A DNA stretch of 64,000 nucleotides from Alphaproteobacteria bacterium (lineage in GTDB: Bacteria; Pseudomonadota; Alphaproteobacteria; Micavibrionales; Micavibrionaceae): positions 5,476 to 69,475 of the forward strand of contig JALEGH010000038.1 in assembly GCA_022763065.1 (NCBI GenBank), read 5' to 3'. The notes under the pieces were generated by a model. The model did no database searches, had not been told where the DNA came from, and worked only from the letters and a program-made list of their open reading frames with translations. Shown here piece after piece: positions 35,548-45,149 of this stretch. Both the position numbers and the translations under genes were made by a program. Each line of letters begins with the position of its first letter. The stretch's first letter is position 1.

Positions 35548-36639
35548 ATGAGCGAAGCTGGCACAGAAGAAATCGAAAAGACACAAGACCCTGCTTTGGA
35601 AGAAGAAAGAGCAGATGGTGCATCTGATCTTGATGGAGATGTGGATTTCGATGCAGAAGATAGTGAATCGCGCATTCTGGATCAGGACGAAATTGATTCT
35701 CTCCTAGGATTTGATGATGATGTGGAAGGGCTGGCTGAAAACGCAGGCGTGATGGCGCTTATTAATTCGGCGATGGTCAATTATGAACGCCTGCCGATGC
35801 TTGACATTGTCTTTGACCGGCTTGTCCGCCTTATGTCGACGAGTTTGCGGAATTTAACCTCTGACAACGTTGAGGTATCACTCGATCAGGTCTCTACAGT
35901 GCGCTTTGGCGATTATATGAATTCTATTCCTTTGCCGGCGATGCTTTCTGTCTTTAAGGCTGAAGAGTGGGATAATCAGGGGCTGATGGTCACTGATAGT
36001 GCGCTGATTTACTCCATTGTGGATGTGTTGCTGGGCGGAAGAAAGGGAACACCGGCCATACGTATTGAGGGACGCCCCTATACCACGATTGAGACCAAGC
36101 TTGTGGAGCGCATGGTACAGGTCACACTAAGCGATTTGTCTTCTGCTTTTGACCCGCTTTCTCCGGTGAGTTTTAATCTGGACCGGATGGAAACCAACCC
36201 CCGTTTTGCCACCATTACGCAGGCTGGCAATGCCTGTGTGCTCGCGCGTCTTCGGGTGGATATGGGGGACCGCGGCGGGCGGATTGAAACCCTGATCCCT
36301 TATGCGACGCTGGAGCCCATTCGTGAATTGTTGCTTCAAATGTTTATGGGGGAGAAGTTTGGGCGTGATTCCATTTGGGAAAATCACCTCACGCAGGAGC
36401 TGTATCAAACCGATGTGCAGTTGCAAGCCGTTTTGGGTGAAAAAGTTTTGACACTGGATGAGCTGCTCAAGTGGAAGGTGGGCACTCAAGTGACCTTTAA
36501 CACTTTTGTGGATGAAGAGCTGGAGCTGCGTTGCGGTGATGTGCCGATGTTTCGCGGGCCCGTGGGGCAAAAGCTTGGCAATATCGCGGTCAAAATTGAT
36601 CAATATATCCAAAAAAGCGATGAGGATGACGAGTTATGA
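35548..36639 (+). CDS. fliM: flagellar motor switch protein FliM
   Basis: LDQDEIDSLLGF CheY-binding-type N-terminus, the FliM middle domain and a SpoA C-domain. Confidence 0.9.
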   Translation: MSEAGTEEIEKTQDPALEEERADGASDLDGDVDFDAEDSESRILDQDEIDSLLGFDDDVEGLAENAGVMALINSAMVNYERLPMLDIVFDRLVRLMSTSLRNLTSDNVEVSLDQVSTVRFGDYMNSIPLPAMLSVFKAEEWDNQGLMVTDSALIYSIVDVLLGGRKGTPAIRIEGRPYTTIETKLVERMVQVTLSDLSSAFDPLSPVSFNLDRMETNPRFATITQAGNACVLARLRVDMGDRGGRIETLIPYATLEPIRELLLQMFMGEKFGRDSIWENHLTQELYQTDVQLQAVLGEKVLTLDELLKWKVGTQVTFNTFVDEELELRCGDVPMFRGPVGQKLGNIAVKIDQYIQKSDEDDEL

Positions 36640-37412
36640 GCTATGATATCTCAATTCTCATTGATGGTCTTATCCTTGTTTTTTTGAGCGTGACGATTTT
36701 TTATGCGGCGCGGCTTTCGTTGTTTTTGAAAAGCTTTCGTGAAGGTAAGGAAGGCATTCAATTGCTCATCCGTGATTTAAACGCGGCGATTGATAAATCA
36801 CAACAGGCAATTGGAGGCATGAAAAAAGATGTTGCCAATCACGCTGAGGCGCTTGAGGAAGTCATTAATGAAGCCAAGTTCTTATCAGACGAGCTAAGAT
36901 TTATGAATGAATCAGGTGATAGTTTAGCGGATCGTTTGGGAAAGCTGGCGGACCGAAACCGGGAGCTTGTTGACCTCATCGAAAATGCTGGAGGATTGGG
37001 TCACGATGCGGTGGCAATGGCGGATGTGCAGAAAAGCCTACCAAAAGCGGAGCAGAAAATATCTGGCCGTGTGTCATCCGATGGTATTGATGATATATTT
37101 GAGATCAGTGATTTCGATATAGATGAAGATGATGAGAAAGATTTTTGGGCGCTCAGTGATGGGACATACCGCGCAGAACAAAAGCCGATATCTCCGTCTT
37201 CCCCTTCTCCTAAAACCAGCGCCGGTTTTACGATTTTTGATAAGGAACTCATGGAGGTGGCTGAGAAGGAATTGGAGGAGGCTTATTTTTCCATTCAGGC
37301 TAATGATGTGCCCGATGATGGGCTGGAATTTACATCTCAGGCAGAGCGCGATCTTTACGAAGCCTTACAGCGCAAAAAGCGCTCCAAAAGGCAGGTGAGT
37401 GAGCTCTCATGA
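36636..37412 (+). CDS. hypothetical membrane-anchored coiled-coil protein of the fliLM operon
   Basis: N-terminal TM segment (ILIDGLILVFLSVTIFYAA), a coiled-coil middle and an acidic C-terminus. It overlaps the fliM stop and the next gene's start (ATGA-type coupling). Confidence 0.6.
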   Translation: MSYDISILIDGLILVFLSVTIFYAARLSLFLKSFREGKEGIQLLIRDLNAAIDKSQQAIGGMKKDVANHAEALEEVINEAKFLSDELRFMNESGDSLADRLGKLADRNRELVDLIENAGGLGHDAVAMADVQKSLPKAEQKISGRVSSDGIDDIFEISDFDIDEDDEKDFWALSDGTYRAEQKPISPSSPSPKTSAGFTIFDKELMEVAEKELEEAYFSIQANDVPDDGLEFTSQAERDLYEALQRKKRSKRQVSELS

Positions 37413-38200
37413 ATCGAGCCGCACTAAACCTCAAACCAAAGCGCAAAAGATCGGATTGGGCATATCACTTGCGTGTCATGCCTTTACTTGTGATTGTGGC
37501 GGCATTGTCTTTTGGTATTCGTTTCGGGGAGTTTGTTACCGGTGTTTCCTCCATGCCGGGTTCGGCGCAGGCTGAAAGCCCTGTTGAGGTCGCGCAGCCG
37601 GATTTGCCGGACAAAGATGCCCAAGCCATGATAGATCAGGAGAGCGGAGAGCTCCATGACATGACGGACGGAGATGAAACTACTGAGCTTGGAGAAGGGC
37701 CTAAAATTACTGCTTCAAATAGTGTGAAAAACGCCAAGGAATGGCGCGATTCCAGTGATACGGATTTTGAGTTTTCTGAAATGCGTATGGAGCTCTTTGA
37801 AGATTTGGCTGCGCGGCGTCAAGCCTTGGAGGAGCAAAGCAGAGAGCTGGAGGTGCGTGAAGCGCTTTTAAAAGCGGCGGAACAAGAGCTTAATCAGAAA
37901 TATAAGGAGTTGATATCTCTGCGTTCGGAAATTCAGGATTTGCTCAAAGAACAATCGGAAGAAGAAAAGGCGCGTACCGCCAGTCTGGTTAAAATCTATG
38001 AGGGGATGAAACCCAAAGACGCGGCGCGGATTTTTAATACGCTTGATCTGGATATTTTGTTGAGCGTTGTGTCCCAAATGTCGGAGCGTAAATCTGCGCC
38101 TATCATTGCTTCGATGGATCCGGCAAGGGCGCGGACGCTGACTATGATGCTTATGGAGCAAAAATCACTTCCCAAAATTTCTGAGGGCTTTATTCAGTAA
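37409..38200 (+). CDS. motE: MotE-like protein (MgtE_N-type domain)
   Basis: The C-terminal ...IYEGMKPKDAARIFNTLDLDILLSVVSQMSERKSAPIIASMDPARA resembles MgtE_N/MotE. Confidence 0.55.
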   Translation: MNRAALNLKPKRKRSDWAYHLRVMPLLVIVAALSFGIRFGEFVTGVSSMPGSAQAESPVEVAQPDLPDKDAQAMIDQESGELHDMTDGDETTELGEGPKITASNSVKNAKEWRDSSDTDFEFSEMRMELFEDLAARRQALEEQSRELEVREALLKAAEQELNQKYKELISLRSEIQDLLKEQSEEEKARTASLVKIYEGMKPKDAARIFNTLDLDILLSVVSQMSERKSAPIIASMDPARARTLTMMLMEQKSLPKISEGFIQ

Positions 38201-38204
38201 CAAA

Positions 38205-38927
38205 ATGCTCCGCCGTAAACGCCGCAAAATTGAACAAGCAGGGGGAGGCTCCAACACCGGGCAAATGATGAACTTGTCTTTGTTCATTATGTTGCTGGCC
38301 TTCTTTATTGTTTTGAATTCTCTTTCCTCTTACGAAGAAATTAAAACCGAGAAGGTGAAAAGGAGTATTGAGTTGGCATTTGCCAAGGATGCGCGGCAGG
38401 ACGATTATAGCCCTTCTGTGCGCGAAGATCCTGTGAAATCCGTTAATCAAGGTGATACGTTTGAGCGTTTGGAGGCCCTGTTTGAATCGCAAATTGCGTC
38501 CTATGAAGTGGTCAAAAGCAAAAGCCGGGGGGTGATGATGGTCACTCTGCCTTATGAACAATTTAAACGTGCAGTGATGGCGGTGGGGCAAAAGGACCTA
38601 ACACAATACCCCTCGCGCCGGGCAATTGCGGGGAATTTCTTTTTGCCGACACTTGTTTCCTTGATGCGCGCCAATATTGACGGCGCACCGACGCGCATGG
38701 AGATTTTATTACACGCACCTGAAAATCCGGCGCAAACACAAAACCGCGCGCCGGATAAAATGGCGGCGCTGATTAATCAGGTCGGGACTTTCTCACGGCG
38801 TTTGGAAAAACAAGGGATCCCTCAAAAAATGCTCAATATCGGGGTATCGCGCGGCGATCCTGAAACGGTGGATCTGGTGTTTCGCAAATATGTACCTTTT
38901 TCTCCGGTGGAGGTGACGGCCCCATGA
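38205..38927 (+). CDS. MotB-like membrane protein lacking the OmpA-like domain and the conserved TM-proximal Asp
   Basis: The TM segment MMNLSLFIMLLAFFIVLNSLS resembles the MotB TM helix (compare SFTDVMALMLTFFVMLFAMS in the next gene) but contains no Asp. There is no NWELS.../R..V OmpA-type C-terminus. Confidence 0.5.
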   Translation: MLRRKRRKIEQAGGGSNTGQMMNLSLFIMLLAFFIVLNSLSSYEEIKTEKVKRSIELAFAKDARQDDYSPSVREDPVKSVNQGDTFERLEALFESQIASYEVVKSKSRGVMMVTLPYEQFKRAVMAVGQKDLTQYPSRRAIAGNFFLPTLVSLMRANIDGAPTRMEILLHAPENPAQTQNRAPDKMAALINQVGTFSRRLEKQGIPQKMLNIGVSRGDPETVDLVFRKYVPFSPVEVTAP

Positions 38928-39757
38928 GTAATGATCCTGTGAGTGACGATAAAACACAAAAACAGATGCCCAAGCAAAAGCAGCAGGATATCTCTCCTCC
39001 ATCTTACAGGCGACGATATGGTCGACGGATGGGCGATGATGCTGGTGGGGCAACAAGTGTCTGGCTGATTTCCTTTACGGATGTGATGGCCTTGATGTTG
39101 ACCTTTTTTGTGATGCTCTTTGCCATGTCAAATCCAAAGCAAGAAGACTGGGCAGAGTTTACCCAAAATCTTCAGGAAAATTTTAACCGTTTTTACGGTC
39201 GGCCTTTAAACCGTGCGCAGGAAGATGCCGTAAATATCGATAAGGTCAACTTTTCGCAGGCCTTGGATCTAAATTATTTGAAAGCTATTATAGCCAAGCT
39301 GATGGAGCAGGAAGTCAGTCTTCAAAGCGCCCGGCTGATTGATACGGGTAAGAGCCTGATTATCTCATTGCCGCAGGATCTACTGTTTCAATCCGGGCAA
39401 GCTACCGTTAAATCACAGGCCAATCAGGCGCTTTTTACTTTGGCCGGAGCGCTGGGACGGATTAAAAACCGGGTCGAAATTGTGGGGCACACGGATCCGC
39501 GCCCTGTGAGTGGTGGCTCCTATCCATCCAACTGGGAATTATCTCTGGCGCGTGCGACCAATGTCGCGGCGGTGCTTGAAAATGTTGGATATGAACAGGA
39601 TGTCGTTGTGCGCGGGCAGGCCAGTGGACGTTATGATGATTTGCCGGATACGGTAAGTGCGACGGATCGCCTAGATTTATCGCGGCGGGTGGATATTGTC
39701 GTTATGGAAGATGATGGGCGCCGGAGTTTAACATCCGATTTATCGATTTTGAATTGA
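38924..39757 (+). CDS. motB: flagellar stator protein MotB
   Basis: WLISFTDVMALMLTFFVMLF with the conserved Asp, and an OmpA-like C-domain (VEIVGHTDPRP...NWELSLARATNVAAVL...RRVDIVV). Confidence 0.85.
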   Translation: MSNDPVSDDKTQKQMPKQKQQDISPPSYRRRYGRRMGDDAGGATSVWLISFTDVMALMLTFFVMLFAMSNPKQEDWAEFTQNLQENFNRFYGRPLNRAQEDAVNIDKVNFSQALDLNYLKAIIAKLMEQEVSLQSARLIDTGKSLIISLPQDLLFQSGQATVKSQANQALFTLAGALGRIKNRVEIVGHTDPRPVSGGSYPSNWELSLARATNVAAVLENVGYEQDVVVRGQASGRYDDLPDTVSATDRLDLSRRVDIVVMEDDGRRSLTSDLSILN

Positions 39758-39863
39758 TCCCTTTTTTGCTGTTGTTTGGCATCCCGCTCCCTTCAATATC
39801 TTGCGTAGAACCTTGTGGCGTAACTTGTTCTTTGAAGCCTCTTGTGGCAGGCTTTGATAGGTT

Positions 39864-42821
39864 ATGAAATTTTTATCTTATAGATTGTTTTTATTGATTT
39901 TTTTGATGATTGCACCGCTTTGTTTCGGGGCGGGGGTAAGTCATGGCGAAACGGTAAAAATCAGAGGGGGGGACCATGCCGGATATACCCGCTTGGTGAT
40001 TGAGTGGCCCTCGAAAGCTGGTTATGAGATTGATGATCGTGCAGCTAGCTTGTCTGTCATATTTGATAAAAATGCAGATATTGATACGAGCGCGGTGAAT
40101 GCTCAGTCTTTGCGTAATATCGGGACGGTGAATGTGAGCTCACCGGAGGGGCAGCCTCTTAAGCTCGACATTAGTAAGGCGAGCGGCGCAAAAATTCGTG
40201 ATTTTCGAATTGGTAGCCGTGTGGTGATTGATGTCTATGACGGTGGCGGGGAGGTGAGTTCATCTGCGCCGACTTCGGTTCGAACTTCATCAGCCCGAAC
40301 CTCAGAACCAATCGAAACAAAGCAGGCTGCTCCGGCACCTGCGGTTGAGAAGCTTACTTTTTCCGGGGTTCAGCCCCATGTGATTACGATCAGTACGACC
40401 AAAAATATTGGTGTGAGCGTTTTTGAGCGTTTGGGATATTTATGGATTGTGATGGATGATCCGGAGATTAGGGTGCGTCCGGTTTTGGCGGGGCCTCGGA
40501 AAGAGGATTTCCCCGATTTCGAAGAAATTTCTATGGGTGGCGGGAAAGCCTACCGGATGCAATTACCTGTTGGAATGGAAGCCAATAAAAAATCAGCCCT
40601 TGAAAATCCATCCCTTGGCGGTTCAGAATTTGGTGGTTTGGACGGGTATAAAATTTATGCTGAAGGTGGCGGGTTGTTATGGCGTATCATTGTAACGCCT
40701 AATCCGCGCCGTGTGATGCCTGTGAAACCGGAAGTTAAAGAAACAAATATTGCCGGGGAGAGCGGCTATAATTTGCTTTGGCCCTTGACGTCGGTGCGTA
40801 AAGTTCTTTCTCTTATTGATCCTGTGGTGGGTGATGAAATCCGGATTGTAACGGTTGAGGATTCTTCCCAATATGGCGGAGAGGCGCGCCGGTTTGTGGA
40901 GGTGGAGACGCTCAACTCTATCGTAGGTCTGGCAGCTTTACCCAAAGCGGATGATATACGTATGGCCCAATCTTCTGACGGGGTGCTGGTCACACGGCCC
41001 GGCGGTCTGGCGGTGTCTTCCAAGAGCGATACGGCAGCGCTTGTCCTCAAAGATGATGTACAAAAGGAGGAAGAGGAGATTAGTGCTGAAGAAAAGCAAA
41101 AACGCCTGAGCCGTATTTTTGATTTTGAGCGCTGGGAGATGGGTGGGACCCGCGCGCTGGAGGAAAACCGGCGGGTTATCATGGTCGGGATGGGGCCGAA
41201 GGAAGGTCATGCCAAGGTCGAGGATTTAATGACGCTGGCGAAATTGAATATAGCCAATAATCGCGGGGCGGAAGCACTGGGGCTGTTGCGTGTGGCGATG
41301 CAGGAATTACCGGGGATTGAAGAAGGCGCGGAATTTATCGCCTTGCGCGGGGCGGCTGGTGCCTTAGCCGGACAATCTGATTTGGCGATTGAAGATTTGG
41401 CAAGCCCTTCAATCCAGCAATATGATGAGGTTGGTTACTGGAAAGCTTATGGCTTGGCGCAGCTGGAAGATTGGCGTCAAGCGGATTCCGTGATGCCGAA
41501 AGATTTTGATTTACTGTTTGAGTATCCTCCTCAAATTCGCGGGCCCTTGGCGCTGTCTATGGCGGAGATTGCTTTGCGCTCTGCCAAAATAGATGTGGCG
41601 CAGGCGCTTTTGGTCTCGCTTGAACTCGGTCTGGATCAGATGGAGCCCAGCCAAAAGGCCGCGTGGAAATATTTAAGCGGTGAGCTGGCAAGGCAAATGA
41701 AAGAGGATGATAGGGCTTTTGAGTTGTGGAAGGAGCTCGTTGATAAGGGCGATGATTATTACCGAGCCAAGGCGGGGTTGTCTCTCACGCGGCTACAATT
41801 GGAGCGTCAAAAAATCACGCCGGAAAAAGCCATTGATCGCTTAGAGGGCTTGCGTTATGCGTGGCGCGGGGATGAACTGGAAACGCTCATCAATTTCCGT
41901 CTTGGAGAGGTCTATCTGCAAAATGGTGATTATTTGAAAGGCTTGGGAACGCTACGCAATGCAATTTCTTTATCTCCTGATTCCATTATGGCGCAGGAAG
42001 TTACTGAGTATATGACGGGGACATTCCGTGATCTTTTTAGTAGCGATAAATTAAAAGAGGTTTCTCCTCTTGATGCTGTAAGTATTTATGATGAGTTTAA
42101 AGAGCTTACCCCGATTGGAGAGGAGGGGGATGTGTTCGTTCAGCAACTGGCAGAACGTCTTGTCGATGTTGACCTTTTGGGTCGGGCCAGCACCTTGTTG
42201 GAGCACCAGATTAACCATAGACTGTCGGACAAAAATAAAATTCCAGTAGCCATTCGCTTGGCAGCTATTCGTTTGCTTGACGATAAGCCGGAAGGGGCGT
42301 TGCGTTCTTTGGATGTAGCACAAAGCGAACTCCGAAAGGCCGGAGGAGATACCGCGCAGCAGCGTGAAATTAACCTTCTTCGCGCGCGCGCGCTATCCAA
42401 GACCGATCAGGTGGATGATGCGCTGGATATTCTTGATAAGATGGGAAGTGATCTTGATGTGGCGCGGTTGAAGGCTGATATTGCGTGGGGCGGTAAAAAA
42501 TGGGCGGACGCTGCTACGGCTTTTCAGGATCTCATTTCTGATGAAAATATATCCATGACCCGTCCTTTAACGGAGTATCAGGCTAACTTGATTTTAAATC
42601 GTTCTATTGCATTGAATTTGGCAGGCAATAGATTGGCGCTTACCAATATACGGGAGCGTTATGGTGATTTGATGTTGCAAACAGAAAAATCAAGATTGTT
42701 CGATTTGGTAACACGCCCGCGTCAATTAGGGCTTTTAGGTAGCCGGGACTCTGTTTCTTCTCTCATTTCTGAAGTGGATATGTTCGGTGAGTTTCTGGAT
42801 AATTACCGCAAGATGAAATGA
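39864..42821 (+). CDS. large secreted protein with an AMIN-like N-domain and a TPR-like helical-repeat C-region (flagellar-cluster associated, function unknown)
   Basis: Signal peptide, then VKIRGGDHAGYTRLVIEWPS...RIGSRVVIDVYD (AMIN-like beta domain). The long C-terminal region has repeated A/L/Y/W-rich helical hairpins. 985 aa, directly after motB. Confidence 0.6.
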   Translation: MKFLSYRLFLLIFLMIAPLCFGAGVSHGETVKIRGGDHAGYTRLVIEWPSKAGYEIDDRAASLSVIFDKNADIDTSAVNAQSLRNIGTVNVSSPEGQPLKLDISKASGAKIRDFRIGSRVVIDVYDGGGEVSSSAPTSVRTSSARTSEPIETKQAAPAPAVEKLTFSGVQPHVITISTTKNIGVSVFERLGYLWIVMDDPEIRVRPVLAGPRKEDFPDFEEISMGGGKAYRMQLPVGMEANKKSALENPSLGGSEFGGLDGYKIYAEGGGLLWRIIVTPNPRRVMPVKPEVKETNIAGESGYNLLWPLTSVRKVLSLIDPVVGDEIRIVTVEDSSQYGGEARRFVEVETLNSIVGLAALPKADDIRMAQSSDGVLVTRPGGLAVSSKSDTAALVLKDDVQKEEEEISAEEKQKRLSRIFDFERWEMGGTRALEENRRVIMVGMGPKEGHAKVEDLMTLAKLNIANNRGAEALGLLRVAMQELPGIEEGAEFIALRGAAGALAGQSDLAIEDLASPSIQQYDEVGYWKAYGLAQLEDWRQADSVMPKDFDLLFEYPPQIRGPLALSMAEIALRSAKIDVAQALLVSLELGLDQMEPSQKAAWKYLSGELARQMKEDDRAFELWKELVDKGDDYYRAKAGLSLTRLQLERQKITPEKAIDRLEGLRYAWRGDELETLINFRLGEVYLQNGDYLKGLGTLRNAISLSPDSIMAQEVTEYMTGTFRDLFSSDKLKEVSPLDAVSIYDEFKELTPIGEEGDVFVQQLAERLVDVDLLGRASTLLEHQINHRLSDKNKIPVAIRLAAIRLLDDKPEGALRSLDVAQSELRKAGGDTAQQREINLLRARALSKTDQVDDALDILDKMGSDLDVARLKADIAWGGKKWADAATAFQDLISDENISMTRPLTEYQANLILNRSIALNLAGNRLALTNIRERYGDLMLQTEKSRLFDLVTRPRQLGLLGSRDSVSSLISEVDMFGEFLDNYRKMK

Positions 42822-42823
42822 CG

Positions 42824-43663
42824 TTACCCTCCACCAACAACAGATGTTGTTGTGGGCCCGAAGCTCTGAATGAGAGAACCGGAGATCAGGTACCAGCCAT
42901 CCACCAACACAAAGAAGATGATTTTAAACGGTAGCGATATCATAACAGGCGGGAGCATCATCATCCCCATCGACATGAGGATCGAGGCTGTGACCATATC
43001 AATAATCAGGAAGGGTAAAAACAGCATAAAGCCGATTTCAAAGGCGCGCCGGAGCTCTGAAATCATAAAGGCTGGTATCAAAACTTGAATAGGAGTATCA
43101 AGCGGTTCGGCCACGTCTTTTGTGCCGCTCAACTCCATGAAGAGCTCAAGGTCTGCTTCACGCACATGGAGCAGCATGAATTCTTTGAAAGGCTCGACGC
43201 CTTGTTCGAAGGCGGTGACTTCGTTAATCTCTTCATTAATGAGTGGGGCCAGACCATTCTCATAGGCTTTTTGAAAGGTCGGAGCCATGATGAAAAAAGT
43301 CAGGAAAAGGGCGAGCGAAATCATCACCGTATTGGGTGGTGTTTGCTGAATTCCGATGGCGGTTCGCAGGAAAGAAAGCACTACGATAATCCGTGTGAAG
43401 GAGGTCATCATGATGAGGATAGAAGGGGCAAGCGAGAGAATTGTTAAAATAGCAACGAGTTGAACGACACGGCCTGTTACAGTGCCGCCATCACCACTTT
43501 GTCCCAGATCAAAGGTAATGGCCTGCGCCCATGCGGGGTTTTGAAGAAGTGCCAAGAGAGTGCCGCCGCACAAAATGGTAATAACCAAGTTAATGAGCGC
43601 CATTTTTTCCCATGGGAATTTGGCATGGGAAAATTTGGTGGGCGTTTTATTTTTTGCTGTCAT
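42824..43663 (-). CDS. fliP: flagellar export apparatus protein FliP
   Basis: Signal-like N-terminus and the FliP core (...ILIMMTSFTRIIVVLSFLRTAIG...). The ORF track extends to 43720, overlapping fliO. Starts at 43663 or 43603 are more plausible. Confidence 0.9.
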   Translation of the reverse strand: MTAKNKTPTKFSHAKFPWEKMALINLVITILCGGTLLALLQNPAWAQAITFDLGQSGDGGTVTGRVVQLVAILTILSLAPSILIMMTSFTRIIVVLSFLRTAIGIQQTPPNTVMISLALFLTFFIMAPTFQKAYENGLAPLINEEINEVTAFEQGVEPFKEFMLLHVREADLELFMELSGTKDVAEPLDTPIQVLIPAFMISELRRAFEIGFMLFLPFLIIDMVTASILMSMGMMMLPPVMISLPFKIIFFVLVDGWYLISGSLIQSFGPTTTSVVGGG

Positions 43664-43946
43664 TATTTGCTTTATTGCTTGATTGTTGCTTGAGGTTATT
43701 GTCAACGACGAGTTCGCCATTTGGTCCTAAAAGGATGAGATGTTGTTTCTCATCACATTCAATTATGACGGCCTTGCGTCTTGCGTCAAGGGGCAGGACC
43801 TCGATGAGCTTCAGGCGTTTATTTTTACCCATATTAAGGCCGGTTTGTGCATACCCCAAACGTTTGAGGATAAAGGCCAACCCGCCCATAAGCCCAAGGA
43901 CGAGGATAAGGGCGGCAAAAAATTTGAGGTAATCCGTATAGTCCAT
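43647..43946 (-). CDS. fliO: flagellar export protein FliO
   Basis: 99 aa with a single TM segment (FFAALILVLGLMGGLAFIL), then ...RLKLIEVLPLDARRKAVIIE. It lies upstream of fliP. Confidence 0.75.
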   Translation of the reverse strand: MDYTDYLKFFAALILVLGLMGGLAFILKRLGYAQTGLNMGKNKRLKLIEVLPLDARRKAVIIECDEKQHLILLGPNGELVVDNNLKQQSSNKANNDSKK

Positions 43947-43954
43947 GAATTAAG

Positions 43955-44242
43955 TTAGCTCTTCGTTTTTTCTTTTGTTACTTTTTCTTCCAGATTGCTT
44001 TTGAAGTCTTTAAGCGCAAGGCCCAGTGTTTCAAGCTTGCCGATCATTTCCGCCATGACAGGTTGAATTTTGAGCGCTTCTTGCGCAGGCAGTTTAAGCG
44101 TTTGATCACACAGCGTGGCAACCTCTTGATCAAGGCGGGACAGGTCCGTAACAGCGCCTTGCGTCACTTCACTTTGCGCTTGTTCAATAAAGCGCGTGAG
44201 TTCCTGCATGCGTTCAATAATCTGGTCCGTTGCGTCGTTCAT
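43955..44242 (-). CDS. hypothetical coiled-coil protein in the fliOP operon
   Basis: The ATG at 44242 (MNDATDQIIERMQEL...) lies 4 nt after the upstream gene's stop. The ORF track's 5' extension to 44326 overlaps that gene. Confidence 0.45.
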   Translation of the reverse strand: MNDATDQIIERMQELTRFIEQAQSEVTQGAVTDLSRLDQEVATLCDQTLKLPAQEALKIQPVMAEMIGKLETLGLALKDFKSNLEEKVTKEKTKS

Positions 44243-44246
44243 GTAT

Positions 44247-44636
44247 CTAATCCATATCATCTTTTGGCGCGTCCTCATAGAGGACAGCATCAAAGGGGTT
44301 CGGCTCTCCATTTGCGCGGTAGACATAAGAAAGAATTTCAGCTACCGCCATGAAGGCTTCACCGGGGATGGGGCTTTCCAGTTCAATCTTAGCCAGAATT
44401 TCTGCTAAATCCGCGTCGGAGCGAACCTTGATATCGTTATCATAGGCCAGTTGCAGGATTTGCTCGGCAATTTTTCCCCGCCCGGCAGCCGAAATAACCG
44501 GAATATCGCCCTTTTCGCTTCCGTCTTTGAGTGCAACGGCGGTCAGGCGATCTGGTTTTTCCTTTATATTTAAAGGCTTTAGGTCGTTTTTGTCACCTTT
44601 TTTGAAGCCGTCATCAAACTCATCGCTCATTGGCAT
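44247..44636 (-). CDS. FhlB-domain protein (small FlhB C-terminal-like, YlqH type)
   Basis: ...AVALKDGSEKGDIPVISAAGRGKIAEQILQLAYDNDIKVRSDADLAEIL...PIPGEAFMAVAEILSYVY matches the FlhB/EscU cytoplasmic-domain pattern. The likely start is MPMSDEF at 44636. Confidence 0.7.
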   Translation of the reverse strand: MPMSDEFDDGFKKGDKNDLKPLNIKEKPDRLTAVALKDGSEKGDIPVISAAGRGKIAEQILQLAYDNDIKVRSDADLAEILAKIELESPIPGEAFMAVAEILSYVYRANGEPNPFDAVLYEDAPKDDMD

Positions 44637-44704
44637 GGTTCCTGCAGTTTTTACCTTGGAAATACGGTTTTTACACGTTTTGACATGAGCCAAAGGGTAA
44701 CGAA

Positions 44705-45121
44705 ATGGACATTAAAAATATAGCATTATTCCACGCTATGGGCGCGAAAATGAATTATTTGAACCAGCGTCAGGGGGTTTTAGCGCAAAATATAGCCAAT
44801 TCTGATACGCCGGAATATCGTCCGCGTGACCTCACGAAAGTTGATTTTGGCGCGGTTTTAAAAGATGTCACGGGTTCCCAAAAAATTAGAATGGAGCGCA
44901 CCGCGCCGGGCCATATGGGACCGGGGGCGAATTTACACAGCCCGGATTCCAGAAAAACTCGTACGCCTTATGAGGTTGCTCCCGCCGATAACTCCGTGAT
45001 TATTGAGGAGCAGATGGTGAAGGCAGCCAAGACAAATATGGATTACAACCTCATGACCAATTTGATGCGCAAGAATGTCGGCATGATTCAGACCGCCCTT
45101 GGGCGTGGTGCAGGACAGTAA
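44705..45121 (+). CDS. flgB: proximal rod protein FlgB
   Basis: ...RQGVLAQNIANSDTPEYRPRD. Confidence 0.9.
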   Translation: MDIKNIALFHAMGAKMNYLNQRQGVLAQNIANSDTPEYRPRDLTKVDFGAVLKDVTGSQKIRMERTAPGHMGPGANLHSPDSRKTRTPYEVAPADNSVIIEEQMVKAAKTNMDYNLMTNLMRKNVGMIQTALGRGAGQ

Positions 45122-45149
45122 AAGTAGAGAAAATTTAAGGAGATAGGAT

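Noticed and set aside
39758-39863. TGGCAT / TGGCAG / TGGCGT strings upstream of the 985-aa gene as sigma-54 promoters
   Set aside because: None has a GC dinucleotide at the correct -12 spacing.
44637-44704. TGGAAA-N5-TTTTT and TGGCTC-N5-AAAAC in the flgB / fhlB-like divergent spacer as sigma-54 promoters
   Set aside because: The -12 GC element is missing in both orientations.
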